A stretch of 64,000 bases of DNA from Antedon mediterranea (GCF_964355755.1 NC_092677.1:394101-458100), one strand, 5' to 3'. Positions 46,701 through 60,400 are shown, counted from the stretch's first letter. Numbers and translations: made by a program. The notes: generated by a model from the letters alone, not told the origin.

Positions 46701-49700
46701 TTGGGAGAACCCCTTTATGAGGACATTTGTTGAGTCCTAATGGTGTTTGCTGTATTATGAATGTATGAAATGTAAATTATGTTGAATATTAGTATGGTCT
46801 TACCTTGCTCATTGCCGTCTAAGACAGCAAAGTTATGTTCCTTAGGGTTGATTGGAATATTAGTATGATCTTACCTTGCTCATTGCCGTCTAAGACAGCA
46901 AAGTTATGTTCCTTAGGGTTGATTGGAATATTAGTATGATCTTACCTTGATCATTGCCGTCTAAGACAACAAAGTCATGTTCCTTAGGGTTGATTGGTGA
47001 AATGACCTCACGATTGGAAACTGGGTCAGTTACAAATGGAAGATTGTCTTCAAATGTAACGTATCCACTTGGAATTAATGAATCTATAAAAATTAAATCA
47101 TTATTATTATGTGATATGTCCTTTTGTTTACAAAGCTAGTTCTATCAGAGGAAAAAGGTAATCAAGATGGTTGTAGTAAAGTAAAGATGGTAAAGTACAA
47201 GATGGATACAAGTAGATAAAGGACTACCACTTACCATTTTAAGCATCAGGAAGGTTGGACTTAAGGAGGAAGGTTTTGCAAGAGTATGACAAAAGAACAA
47301 AGAAGACAAAAGGGGAAAAGAGAACAAGGAAAAGAAGAGAATATGGGAAAGAAGAGAAAAAGGGAAGAAAACCATAATACTGTAATAGCACCATGTGAAT
47401 TGATAGGCTTACTTTTGCTAGGCTTTCTTACACCCTCAGTCTGTCTGCTGTCCTGAAGCATCTTAGCCACCGCATCTGGACCATCTCGTATACTTGGTCC
47501 TTTGCTTTTTAACTTAGATGTACGACCATGATGTCTGGGTCTTTGAAAATTCTCATCAGATGAGCTAAAATCGAGGCCTGAACCAAGCCCTACAGAAAAA
47601 GGAATGAAACAAAAGGAATGAATATATACAACTTGAAGTTAAAGTCGGTAAACTAATAATTGTATTATTTTTGTATTTATTGTTTGTTTGTCTGGAATTG
47701 GAGAGACACGCCCTTTGGCGATGGTTGGCAGCTCTTGTCTCTCCTCAGTGTTCCCTTTTTATGTTTATGTTTCACTGAAAGGAATAAAAAAAACAATGAA
47801 GAAATAAGTAATCAAAGCACTCACCTGGCTCTGACCGTAATGAAATTGACGCCATTGTATGATTGTCAATGAGGCTAACAATCTTCATGTGTCCATTTAC
47901 AATGGCCAATGACCTCGCTGTATCTCCCTTTGTATTCTTATACTCAATGTTTACACCCTGAAATATAATATTTAAATTATTTAGTCATTCTAAAATCTTG
48001 ACAACTGTTTAATTAATTCTATTCTCAAACTGAAATTTGAATTTCTATCTAGTAGAACGAATGCATAAATTAAGTAAATGTTAGAATTATTAACTGTAAA
48101 TATCTTACATGTTCAAGTAACTTGTTGACAATGATTTCATGACCTTCGGCCGATGCCATCATCAAAGGTGTGATTCCATGGTGATAGTCCCTGTAAACAA
48201 ATCATGTAAATCAAGTCATGTTTGAACCGTGTTTATCCTCATTAAATTTAATTTCAGGATTTGAGAGTTAAAGTACAAGGGTCATTCCTGTTCAAGCATG
48301 TAGACTAAATTATTAACTGGAAAATTGATAAAAAGGCAGAGGAAGATGAAGAGCCCAGTTCCTGTAAATGGTAAATGCCAAAGACCAGGGACTTAACATG
48401 AGTGTAGCAAATTACCAGACCTCAATGATGACCATAAGTCAACATTGCCAAAGACCAAGTGTAGCTAATTACCAGACCTCGATGATGACCATAAGTCAAC
48501 ATTGCCAAAGACCGAGAGTGTAGCTAATTACCAGACCTCAATGATGACCATAAATCAACATTGCCAAAGGCCGAGTGAAGCTAATTACCAGACCTCGATG
48601 ATGACCATAATAAATCAATGTTCACAAAGGACAGGACACAATGATGTAAATCTCTGTCTACACTATCAAACTACTTTGACAAAAAAGTGTCATGTGCCCA
48701 AATATGGTAGTGATATGATGTCATGGTGTCCATATATGGACACATCACATAATGTTTGATAGTGTAGCCAGAGCATGAATTATTCATTTGGACTCACACA
48801 ACATTTGCTTGTGCTTTGTTGTCTAGTAAAAACTGCACCATAGTTTGATGTCCAGCATTTGTAGCATAGAATAACGCACTCCATCCCTTTGTATCTCTCT
48901 GGTCTATCTTTGCTCCTTGCTGTAAATACACAATCAACAATTTACAATCAATGGATAATATTAATTATTTACAAAGATACAGTTATTATTATTATTAATA
49001 TTACATCATCATGGCAACATCACATTTTTTTGTCACATAAAGTTTGATAGTGTAGACAGAGATAAAAAGTTGTCTGATGTTTGACTTAATGACTGAACTA
49101 CTCTGTCCAGGTGGGGTTTTAAAACATACACATTAATGAATGTTTGACTTAATGACTGAACTACTCTGTCCAGGTGGGGTTTTTAAAACATACACATTAA
49201 TGAATGTTTGACTTAATGACTGAACTACTCTGTCCAGGTGGGGTTTTTAAAACATACACATTAATGAATGTTTGACTTAATGACTGAACTACTCTGTCCA
49301 GGTGGGGTTTTAAAACATACACATTAATGAATGTTTGACTTAATGACTGAACTACTCTGTCCAGGTGGGGTTTTAAAACATACACATTAATGAATGTTTG
49401 ACTTAATGACTGAACTACTCTGTCCAGGTGGGGTTTTAAAACATACACATTAATGATGTTTGACTTAATGACTGAACTACTCTGTCCAGGTGGGGGTTTT
49501 AAAACATACACATTAATGAATGTTTGACTTAATGACTGAACTACTCTGTCCAGGTGGGGTTTTAAAAACATACACATTAATGAATGTTTGACTTAATGAC
49601 TGAACTACTCTGTCCAGGTGGGGTTTTAAAACATACACATTAATGAATGTTTGACTTAATAACTGAACTACTCTGTCCAGGTGGGGTTTTTAAAACATAC

Positions 49701-51348
49701 ACATTAATGAATGTTTGACTTAATGAATGAACTACTCTGTCCAGGTGGGGTTTTAAAACATACACATTAATGAATGTTTGACTTAATAACTGAACTACTC
49801 TGTCCAGGTGGGGTTTTTAAAACATACACATTAATGAATGTTTGACTTAATGACTGAACTACTCTGTCCAGGTGGGGTTTTAAAACATACACATTAATGA
49901 TGTTTGACTTAATGACTGAACTACTCTGTCCAGGTGGGGTTTTTAAAACATACACATTAATGAATGTTTGACTTAATGACTAAACTACTCTGTCCAGGTG
50001 GGGTTTTAAAACATACACATTAATGATGTTTGACTTAATGACTGAACTACTCTGTCCAGGTGGGGTTTTTAAAACATACACATTAATGAATGTTTGACTT
50101 AATGACTGAACTACTCTGTCCAGGTGGGGTTTTAAAACATACACATTAATGATGTTTGACTTAATGACTGAACTACTCTGTCCAGGTGGGGTTTTAAAAC
50201 ATACACATTAATGATGTTTGACTTAATGAATGAACTACTCTGTCCAGGTGGGGTTTTAAAACATACACATTAATGAATGTTTGACTTAATGAATGAACTA
50301 CTCTGTCCAGGTGGGGTTTTAAAACATACACATTAATGAATGTTTGACTTAATGACTGAACTACTCTGTCCAGGTGGGGTTTTAAAACATACACATTAAT
50401 GAATGTTTGACTTAATGACTGAACTACTCTGTCCAGGTGGGGTTTTAAAACATACACATTAATGAATGTTTGACTTAATGACTGAACTACTCTGTCCAGG
50501 TGGCTATTTTTTTTTTCGTACATAAGTTGGGGACCCCTCATGAAACGTCACAAAATAAACATGAATAATTCATCAGTTAAATTTGTTGTTCCGTGTGCAC
50601 CCAAGCGTATAGCAACAAGAAGTGATTATGGCTGATTATTTCGACAATCCACACAAAACGCCGCTATTCTATTATGAAATCGCACGCGGCAACCACAGCG
50701 GAGATAGGCCTAGAATCGTACCGCACTTGTGTAATCACTTCTTGTTGCTATACGCTTGGGTGCACACGGAACAAGAAAATTAATGAATGTTTCTAGGTAA
50801 GACACAGTAGAATGAACAATATTATGTCAATCTCACTTGGAGTAAGAAGTAGCAAACGCTTTCATTGCCACAACTCGCTGCAAGCATAAACGCTGTTGCG
50901 CCTTTCTCTGTCTGAATGTCCACTTGAACTCCACCATCCAATAGCAAGTTTACGATGTTGTCATGTGATATATATGATGCATACATTAAGGGTGTCCAGC
51001 TTCCTTTGTTCTTTTGATTCAGGTCAACTTGACCGCTGAAAAATGACCATTTTGATGTAAAGTTAATCAAAATAGTTTTTTGAAAAACATACCCTTAATC
51101 TAATTGCAATATATAAAAAATGTCTTAAAGTCTAACAATAAAACTGACCTTTGGATAAATGCATGAACAGTTTCGTAATGACCAATGGAACAGGCAGTGT
51201 AGAGGTCAAGAGGAATCGGGTTGAATTGGTCTTGCAACGAATCATAACCACGCCAAACTGATAGACTTCGATCCAGAAACTCTGTCTCGCTGGCTTCATC
51301 ACTTGCTTCATAAGGGTAGTCAAGGTTACCAGCTGCTGCAGTTGCCAT
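43757..51348 (-). CDS. ANKS3: Ankyrin repeat and SAM domain-containing protein 3, 11 coding exons, ~722 aa
   Basis: Exons 51348-51149, 51035-50837, 48919-48798, 48190-48109, 47957-47825, 47589-47413, 47083-46946, 46381-45913, 45676-45535, 44383-44211, 44090-43757 (2169 nt). Motifs: SDEASE..LDRSLSVW, PLDLYTACSIG, WTPLMYASYISHDNIV, and SAM FEEQDVDLRVFLTLSDTDLKEIGIxLLGPRKKMTNAIAR. The last intron is GC-AG. Confidence 0.95.
45278..45512. mobile_element. Two adjacent MITE family A copies (one truncated, one complete at 45385-45512)
   Basis: Consensus match. Confidence 0.8.
46784..46998. repeat. 3 x 71-bp tandem repeat spanning the donor of ANKS3 exon 7
   Basis: CAAG|gtaaga junction copies on the - strand at 46945, 46874 and 46803. 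Confidence 0.93.
48400..48612. repeat. Minisatellite, ~4 x 57-59 bp
   Basis: gtgtagctaattaccagacctcaatgatgaccataagtcaacattgccaaagacc units. Confidence 0.9.
48650..48775. mobile_element. MITE family A copy
   Basis: tctctgtctacactatcaaact...tttgatagtgtagccagagc. Confidence 0.8.
49077..50503. repeat. Minisatellite, ~23 x 61-65 bp, ANKS3 intron 2
   Basis: Unit tgtttgacttaatgactgaactactctgtccaggtggggttttaaaacatacacattaatgaa; variation mostly in homopolymer lengths. Confidence 0.97.
50577..50783. mobile_element. MITE with ~50-bp TIRs
   Basis: ttgttccgtgtgcacccaagcgtatagcaacaagaagtgatta and its reverse complement; TTAA at both outer ends. Confidence 0.85.
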
Positions 51349-51902
51349 CTTTATCAAAGTAAACAATTTATAACAAAATATTATAATTTAGAGCAATCAT
51401 TACCTGCTCTAATAATATTTCACTGTAATGTTTTGCATTGCACATTACAAATATTTCTAATAAAATATTTTAAGCATATTATAATTATTACTATATTTTA
51501 AATGATGGCAGACAGAGTAATGTAAATGTGATGGTGGGATCTATGTGATGATGATGTTTGTGTTTTCCCCCATCATCACTCTTTCCCAACCTCAACAGGC
51601 TCCTCTGACACCAAACAACAACAAAGGAGTTTGTGACACCAAACAACAACAAAGGAGTTTGTGATCTATCTCACCAGTCCAGTCATCAACACTCACTCAC
51701 TCACGGCCACGTAGGGCTAGGCCTAGCTAGCTGCTTCGTTTTTATTATGATAACATCTTAATTATCCCTTTTTACCTTTGTGGTAATTTGTATATTATGC
51801 AAAACTTACATTCAGTTACATTAATCACATTTTATTGGCAAAAATAGACATGGAATTTCATTACATTTTCACGTCTTTTTCAGGCAGTACGTACAGAAAA
51901 TT

Positions 51903-53792
51903 GAGGTATATTCAGAGCGTCATTTCGACGATCGACCATTCTCTACTTCTACGGAGCGCCATTTATGCCTTTATTTACTTCCGAAAAAGAAATAGTACTA
52001 CGGTAACTGGTTCAGTGGACTAAGAATGTATTTTCCCATAAAAACATGAACAATGAAAATTACTAAAATCATACTTTCCGTAGAAAGAAAAACTCCTAAA
52101 CAATGTTTTCACTTATAAAAAGACAAAATAAACGGTTAAATTCAACCAAAACCTGACAACCAATTTGACTTTTTTTGCTTTAAATGTTTTCAAGTAAATT
52201 TTTTTTTTCCGAGTATTAACAAAAAAATTTGTTTTCAGGGAGGGAAACGCTGTTAAATTTTGATGCTGTTAATTATTTACATTAGAAGATTTTTCAAATC
52301 ATGTAAATAAAATATTTTCCGGACGGGAAGCTAGCAGTTCCCCTCGTTTAGTTTGCAAAAGTAATCTCGAAAAGAACTCCATGTGGAAAAGAAGTCCACC
52401 CAAGAGTACTAAAAATGAAGGAGCACACGAGCTTCTTTTCGAGGTTTTATGGCAGTCTATTTAATGGAAAATAATGCCATGCAACTTTGTTTCTGATTTT
52501 AAAAAAGGTCCACTTGACATTTACAATCCTCAAAATATCTCTCTTTCAAAATAAAAGAAAAACAATATTCATTATTTTCCATTTAAAAAAAAAATCCACT
52601 GGCGCCAAATTGGGTCTACTTGAGCACAGTATATTAACATATGAAAAGATTGAAACTTGAGTGACTTCATTTCTCTTTTATATCACTGCTCCCATGGTAC
52701 CAATGTGTCCACTTGAGCACAGTGTTTTTATATGAAGATATTAAAATTTAATGACTTTATTTCTATTTTATATCACTGTGGTTCACTGGGGCCAAATTGG
52801 GTCCACTTGAGCACATAATTGTATTAACATACGAAAAGATATTAAAATTTAGTGACTTTATTTCTATTTTATTTTTTTATTAAACCTTATTTTGTGAGGG
52901 TGACCCTAAACAGCATATGCAGCAGACAGTCAAAAACATATATGAAAAAAACGGAAGAACTATGTTAAAAAATATAAAAATATATACTATGTACTTAAAT
53001 ACAAAAATATAGCCTACAATACTTTACAAAACGTTGAGTTTTTTCTTTTGGGATTAAATATTTTTTAGAGCAGACTTAAAATTATTTATTGTTACCGCAT
53101 TCCTTAGTTTCGTGGGTAGAAAATTTAGGTATGTTTTGGTGCTCTATAGATGAAGCTGTTCTTAAAAGTCACTGACACTTCGGGTACATCGATGATTGGG
53201 AATTCTGGCAAGACGCAGGGCAAGGTATTCCGGAGCAAGACCATTTGCAGACCTGTAGGCAAGGCAGCACAGATTTAAGGTGTTGTAAATGTTAGTTCGT
53301 GGTGTGACAGGATGATCTTTAAGGATAATGCGAAATGCTCTATTTTGAATTTAATGGTCTGTATTTGGTCAATATTCGATCTGATTCCCCAAACACTACA
53401 TCAATAGTCAATGTGTGGGAGGATTATAGTGTTATAGAGGAGTATGGATGTGTGTTTATTAATTCAATGACCGAGCACGCGATAAGATGGAGATGGATAA
53501 GCCCAGTTAACGGAGTTTATTTACATGAAAAGAAAAAGATTTAAATCAATGTGAATGCCAAGATATTTCTGTTTGTCAGTTTGTGATATGGGTATATACG
53601 TAACGATATTAAAAGTAGTGACTTTTATTTCTATTTTATTTTATCACTGTGCTACCCTGATGCTAAATTGTGTCCACTTGAGCAGTTACCGTAGTACTAT
53701 TTCTATTATTGAAGTTAATAAAGGCATAAATGGCGCTCCGTAGAGAAGTAGAGAATGCTCCAGTTGTCAGAATGACGCTCTGAATATACCTC
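51903..53792. mobile_element. 1.9-kb non-autonomous DNA transposon (GAGG...CCTC, ~110-bp TIRs, 7-bp TSD GAAAATT) between ANKS3 and DNAAF8-like
   Basis: 51903-~52010 is the reverse complement of ~53683-53792. GAAAATT at 51896-51902 and 53793-53799. Internal gtccacttgagcac subrepeats. Confidence 0.88.
52880..53350 (-). pseudogene. 3' remnant of a CR1/L2-type LINE nested in the 1.9-kb transposon
   Basis: - strand translates LNLCCLAYRSANGLAPEYL, matching the post-RT region (compare FKSINGMAPEYI in the LINE at 62529-63905). Confidence 0.65.
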
Positions 53793-54411
53793 GAAAATTA
53801 TAAACACATCAGTTTGGCCCTCTATTGGCAGAGTTTAAATTTGGGTTCTCCTTCCGTCGTAATCCATGCAGTTTACGGTTGATTCACGATTGTTGACGCT
53901 TGGTTGACGTAAGCTACACACGAAAGAAAACACAGATGATCTTGGAAAAAATGGTGGATGACGATCTTTCTTGTATTCACTTTTTACGAAACTAAAGGCC
54001 TTGGGTAAACGTTAATTATTTGAAAATTATGCTATACAATTCATTTATAATACTGTTAAGAATATTATTTGCAGTTTATTTATAATATACACACTGTAAA
54101 TAGCCTTTTATAGTAGTATTTAGGTTGGTATCTAGGGACGCCAAACGATAGTTAGGCTGGCAGTTATTAGCCTAGCTAGCTAGGTAGGCCCTAGGCCTAG
54201 CCTAGGTACGACGATCTAGGCTCAGAACTGCTGAGAGCAGATCGGACCTACTATACTAGCATTGTAGACAAAATGTGATGTTGGGGAAATGCTCGTGAAG
54301 ATGGTATTATTATTAAAACTTACTTTCTATTCTAAAGAAATCAATCAAGATCAATTAAAAGAGGAAAAAGTATTACATTTGGTTTGGCAGATCAGATTGT
54401 GTTATGACATC

Positions 54412-57400
54412 ATGGCAAAGCAAGATGGTGAAGGGTCTAACTTACATAAAGAACTTAGTAATATATTCACTGAAGTTCAAGAAAAGCTACCATCTCTTGA
54501 ATTTGACCTATCTGATGTAAGTAATACTAATATATTAATATATAATAATATTAATAATAATATATTTACAAATAATGCACTTGTCAATTGTATGACTCAC
54601 TATACGACCCCCGGGAGAGGTGCGTCATGGGTGCGTCATTTACAAATAATTACTGACGCAGGGGTGCGTCAAAAAACCTAGATGGTACGTCACATCAATG
54701 AACAAGGTGTGTCAATGTCCGTCACTTTACCACCCACCATATCATAAACAACATGGTCACAGTGCGTCAAAATGGGTGCGTCATGGTCACCTAAAGGTAA
54801 GTCACCTTTTTGACGCACGGGTGCGTCATGGTATTCAAAAGTATGACGCACATCGGACAAATGACGCACCTCTCCCGGGGGTCGTATAGTGGGTCATACA
54901 ATTGACAACTGCATAAGTATACTAATATTTTACCAAATGGAATGGGTGAAATGTGTTTATTTTACTAGAATCTAAAGATAATTTATAAAATGTAATTTAA
55001 GTGCCCATTTAATTTGTAAGTAAAACCTTTTCTTGAAGGCGAGTTCAGATGAGGAATTAAGCATCTTCAACTGGTCTATGAAAAGTCCCTCAGGTGGTTC
55101 TGGACGTGATGATTTGCTTTCGCCCACAAGTTGGCAGTCAGCATTGGTTATTGATGATACCCAACAAGACAAGGAACAAGTTGTTCAAGCTAAGATGAAA
55201 GATTGTGGTAGTTCACCTATTACTACAGATTATTTTGATTACGATGAATTGGGATGCAATACCAATGAAACAATAGATTTATCAGATGTGAACTTAAACT
55301 TAAGTACCAAAGATGACGTACTTGAGTTGGATGCCATCAATTTTGAGGGAAATAACAACAAGCAATTAAACAACAATGAAATTAGAAAACAAGATATTAT
55401 AATGAAGAGTTTACCGTCAAGGATCGTGTCAAAGTTCATAACCAATCAAGCCCCTGTACCAGATTTTAAAAGAGTGAAAGAGCGGAATTTGGATCAGCTG
55501 TTAGAAGACCTTTCTGTTGGTTCTAGAATAGACTCTCACGAATTTGACACTCCACATTATTTAATTGCTGATGAAGATGAAACTTGTAAGTACAGTATTA
55601 TTAAGGTGTACTGTAGCATTAGGAGCACACCCCACCCCCACAAACTACTTGTAGCATTAGGAGCACACCCCACCCCCACAAACTACTTTTATTCTATTTT
55701 TTGAAAGACTATTGATATATTTAGCGTTTAAATATCCTGGATCTGACCTTGGACAAATAAGCATTCTAATGGGTTACCCTCCACCCAGCAAATGATGCTG
55801 TAATTATATATAATATTTTCTTGCTTACATTTTGTAGGTGCAGTACAAGCTAATAACACATCGTTAATGGATAAACTAGCCCAGCTCTGTATGTCACAAG
55901 CAGATGAGGTTAAAAATATTTCATCATCTTCAAAATACAAAGTAACAAAATATGCTGATGCTGGACAGAATGTAAAGGTCAATAAAGTAGGAACAGGCAT
56001 TAGGTAAGTGAATATAAAATACTAAAACTAATAAAACATCATTTGTTGTTAGCATCATTTTTGTTATCATGTATTATCATAATATCATCTTTATTGTAAT
56101 CCTGATCATTGTCACAATTGCCATCATGACATTTTAAGAAAGAATGTCTTGATTTAAAAATATTTTTTTGGTAATACTCAGATAAAATCCACTATAATAA
56201 CAATTATGTAGGGTGCCTCTAAGCGCTGAACAATCAATAAAAAATGTTAAAAAAGAGCAAAAGATTAATGTTGAAAATGAGCAAAAGATTAATGTTGAAA
56301 AAGAGCAAAAGATTAATGTTGAAAAAGAGCAAAAGATTAATGTTGAAAATGCAAAATGTGGGATTTGAGTATACGTTAGATAGAATCTTTATGAATCTTT
56401 CTTACATGGTCTTTAATTTTTAGTACTACTCAGATAAAATCAACATCCACCAGTGTGGGTGTGTCTATGGGTGTGTCTACAGATGTCTCTACTGAAACTC
56501 AACCAGTGACAACTTGTAGTAAAGGTGTATCGGCGTGTTCTAGCTCAAACAATTCAAATTCTAAAACAGCAAATAGACAAACAATTTACTTGGATTTGAG
56601 AGTGAAAGATAAACCAAAGTCAATGGAAAAAGTAGATGAAGTAAGTTATAAAGATTTTTATTAATGCAAACAAACAAATCCATCTGTGTATGTTACACAT
56701 TTCTGTTTTGTTATTTCTCTTTCAAATGATGAGCACAAAAAATGATTGTGTTGTTTTGTGTATGATTCGGGTAGACGTGTGTCTTTAGTACAGTACCGCT
56801 ATTGGTGTAACACTAATGAGTATATTTAATTCTTATTTTTCAGCCTTCTGCAGGATTTCAAGCTATTCAAAGAATTCTAGGAGTTGATCCAGACGCGTAA
56901 GTTGTAATTTTTATTTACTGTTTTTATTGCGCCAGCTAAAATATTGAGATATTTAAAGTAATTTATCATCATTCTGAGCTTTAAACAATTTCATGAACTA
57001 TCTGTATGAAATTGAAATCACTCATTATATACATACTGTAGATTGCAAATACATTTGGTATAGTTAAGTATGTTTGCTCATGTCATTAAGTCAACAGATT
57101 TATTTCATAATACAGTATAAAACATACCACAATTTTATATATGGTAAAGTATTTATTATACCAATTTTAGCAATGTGGCCGATGACTCTGATGACAATGA
57201 TGATGATGTCATAGATTGGCAAAAACAACGAAAACAGATCAGAGAAGCCCTAAGTGAAGGTCAATCTATAAAGACATGCAATGACATGCCAAGCCCTCGC
57301 AAAGTAATCAGGTAAAGACATGCAATGACTTGCCAAGCCCTCGTAAAGTAATCAGGTAAAGACATGCAATGACTTGCCAAGCCCTCGCAAAGTAATCAGG

Positions 57401-60400
57401 TAAAAATATGCAATGACTTGCCAAGCCCTCGCAAAGTAATCAGGTAAAGACATGCAATGACTTGCCAAGCCCTCGCAAAGTAATCAGGTAAAGACATGCA
57501 ATGACTTGCCAAGCCCTCGCAAAGTAATCAGGTAAAGACATGCAATGACATGCCAAGCCCTCGCAAAGTAATCCGGTAAAATATGTAATTGTTGAAATAT
57601 AGAAATGTCCATCTAGTGTACATTTCTAGAGGCAATTGTTTGTGATGATTATTATTATTCTAATAAACTATAAAATAATATTTTAATTTTTTTCAGGACA
57701 AATAAAGTAACACCGCCACCTAGAGTCATGCATCTTCCTCAAAAAATAATTCCTGAAAATAAGGTTTGTGTTTTGTTTTTCTACATAGTTTACTATCATA
57801 TCTTTTTAAAATTTGAAATCCATTAATTTTTTTTATGATCTTATCTCGGCAACATTTTTCTTTTTGAGTTGTATTTGGATATTTACACAATGTTTATTAT
57901 TCATTCAGGTAAAGTGTGAAAGCTTGTCACCAAGGGTAAACTCTGACATACCAACTATTAAAGATGCGAGTAATGGCCAAGAAACGGGTCAATCTATTAA
58001 GAAGCGTCAAGAAGCTGATTTAAAGAAATTACGCAGACAACGTGAGGAAGAGAAAGCTACAAAGCTGAGACTTAAGAGCCAACTTGAAGCATTGAAACCA
58101 ACGCATTCAATTGGTGGAAAGAATAAGAGCTGCTTTTCTACTGATACTGTATTTGACTTGGTATGTTTTCTTTCTGTAACTATCAATTATCAGTTAGTAT
58201 TGCTTTAACCATATCATTTACAACTCACACAGCTTGTGTGATTATCACAGTTTTGTTGTGAACAGCAACAAGTTTCCAATTTCGACTAAATATTTTTTCA
58301 ATCATAAATATTCTCAGAATTTTGCAAATTGTAATATTCATGGTGAAGTAAAGTTGTACAAAGAAATACTAATTAAATTTGTTATAGTCTGTTAACAAAT
58401 ATATATTTGTTTATCCTATAGGAAGCTTCTTATACCAAATTCCCTGACTGTTTACCACCGGTTGCAAGCTACAGTGGTGAGACACTACTCCTAAGTGTTT
58501 GCTTAACAAACAGTTTAAGACTGAAAGCTAACAGCAGTGCTGGTGGTAAGGTTATTGACACCAGCAATCATTCTGGAATCTCTGCAACTTACATCACTCT
58601 CTTAAGCTGGCTTTTGTCTTGCATTCCAAACAACTTTGATTTCTTGATGGAGACAGAAGTGGCTAGTGAATCAGCTTTGCCCTTCTATGTTGTAGGCCTA
58701 CAGCAGATCTTGATGGATGGAGAGTTGATGCTTATGACTGCCATCAGACCAGCAGGAAAAGTACACTCAACAACAACCAAACACAAACGCAAAAAGAAAG
58801 ATTTAAAACGAAACTGTTCGCAATTTGAATCATCAGTAGTTGAATTCTTAAATAAGAACACGTTGTGTAGTGTTTGTCCAGAAGCGGAGAAAGCATTCTC
58901 ATTGATAATAAATAGTTCTGGTGAACCTGCTGTACTTATGTCAAACCCATCGCAGAAAAGACTGTTCTCAGACGGTACTTACATACCAGAACTTCCGTTC
59001 ATCAGTAGTAAGCCTTTGAACACATTCATAAGTGTTCAAAGCAACACAGATATCATAGATCGTGTGTTCAACGCTCCCGTTGGTTTCTTTTGGCAGACAT
59101 TGGAATCTGAAAACCTTACATCTGATACAGAATCCAGTGTGTCTTATGATAATGTGAATGATGTACAAAACACAATGTCGTTGATTTATAAGTCTATATA
59201 CCAAGATCAAATCTGCATGCTGAGTATTCTGAATCGCATCATTTATGAAGGAATCGACGTTTGTGGAGTGCGATTGATATACACACCGGAAGACATGAGC
59301 TTAGAGGTTCCTGCTGCTAGTGTTGGACGCAAACAAGCAGCAGATTCCCCACGTACTGGGTCAGATCAAATGATTATAGATGATCTTAATAATGTCGGTC
59401 CAATTCTGGCGTTTGCTTTACGAGGTGCTAAAGCACGGATAAAGTGTTTGAATATCGTCGGACCGTCCGATCCACAGATTGCTCGTCGAACAGATCCCAA
59501 GTCGTTGATTGCACTTTTTGGAGGAGACAGTAGGTCAGAAGTCGCAATATACTGCCCTCGCAATGAAGGTCGTGTCAACTATGAATTGGCATTGTGGTTT
59601 GGTGGAAGAGTGCCACCTAATGGTGTTGTTGATGTAGGTTCAATCACTTCAAGATCTCAGAAGACTCGAGGTCTATGCAATAAGAGAAAGCAAGCTAAGA
59701 GTGCTTCCAATGATGAGAGTGAATGTAATGAAGATCAGACAACACTAAGGTACATATTTCTAAAAAATGTAATTTCACACTAACTGAACAAATCCTCTCT
59801 ATAAAATATCAATGTGGTGCGGTAAGGCTTGTACAAGGCACCTGGTCCAAAAACAATTCAAGAATGAATTCATGTTTACTGCAGTAAATCTGTATAATTA
59901 ATGAAAAAATAAAATCTTTCCTATTTGTGATTGTTCTTTTTATTGTTCATTTATAATGCAACACAAAATTTATCTCAAACGTAACAGAAGTTCTAAGTTC
60001 TTTGGCAATAAGAGTGTACCATATCAGATAACATAAATATCTGCAATTAGGTTACCTTCAACAATGTTTTCTTTTTCAGTTCCATCCCACCAGCATTACT
60101 CACAGCATCCTCCGCATCTGACATCTTCCTTGTTGTTTCTCCCATCATTCCTCCAATGTGCATTGGTACCATCTTGTCAACATGCTCAGAACGAGGATTT
60201 CAACTTAGAGGTTTAAGAAGACTTAGACTAAATTTCAAGCGTACTTCTGTACTAGGTAAGTGACTTTATTGATTTGATGTTTTGTACAATGCAATGGCTT
60301 TGTGTAAAGCTCTGTCTACACCATAAAACTTTAACAACTGGTCCTGTAAGCTATCTATTTGAAGTTTTTGTAGAGATTTTGCAAGGCACCTTTGCTTTTA

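Noticed and set aside
49077-50503. Long regular arrays (also 21051-21546) as CRISPR, or their ORFs as repeat proteins
   Set aside because: Units are contiguous with no unique spacers, there are no cas genes, and the context is a eukaryotic intron. The ORFs frameshift with homopolymer length changes.
56170-56192. Partial copy of the DNAAF8-like exon 4 start (tactcagataaaatc) as another junction duplication
   Set aside because: The match is only ~15-20 bp and lacks the acceptor AG; too short to distinguish from chance.
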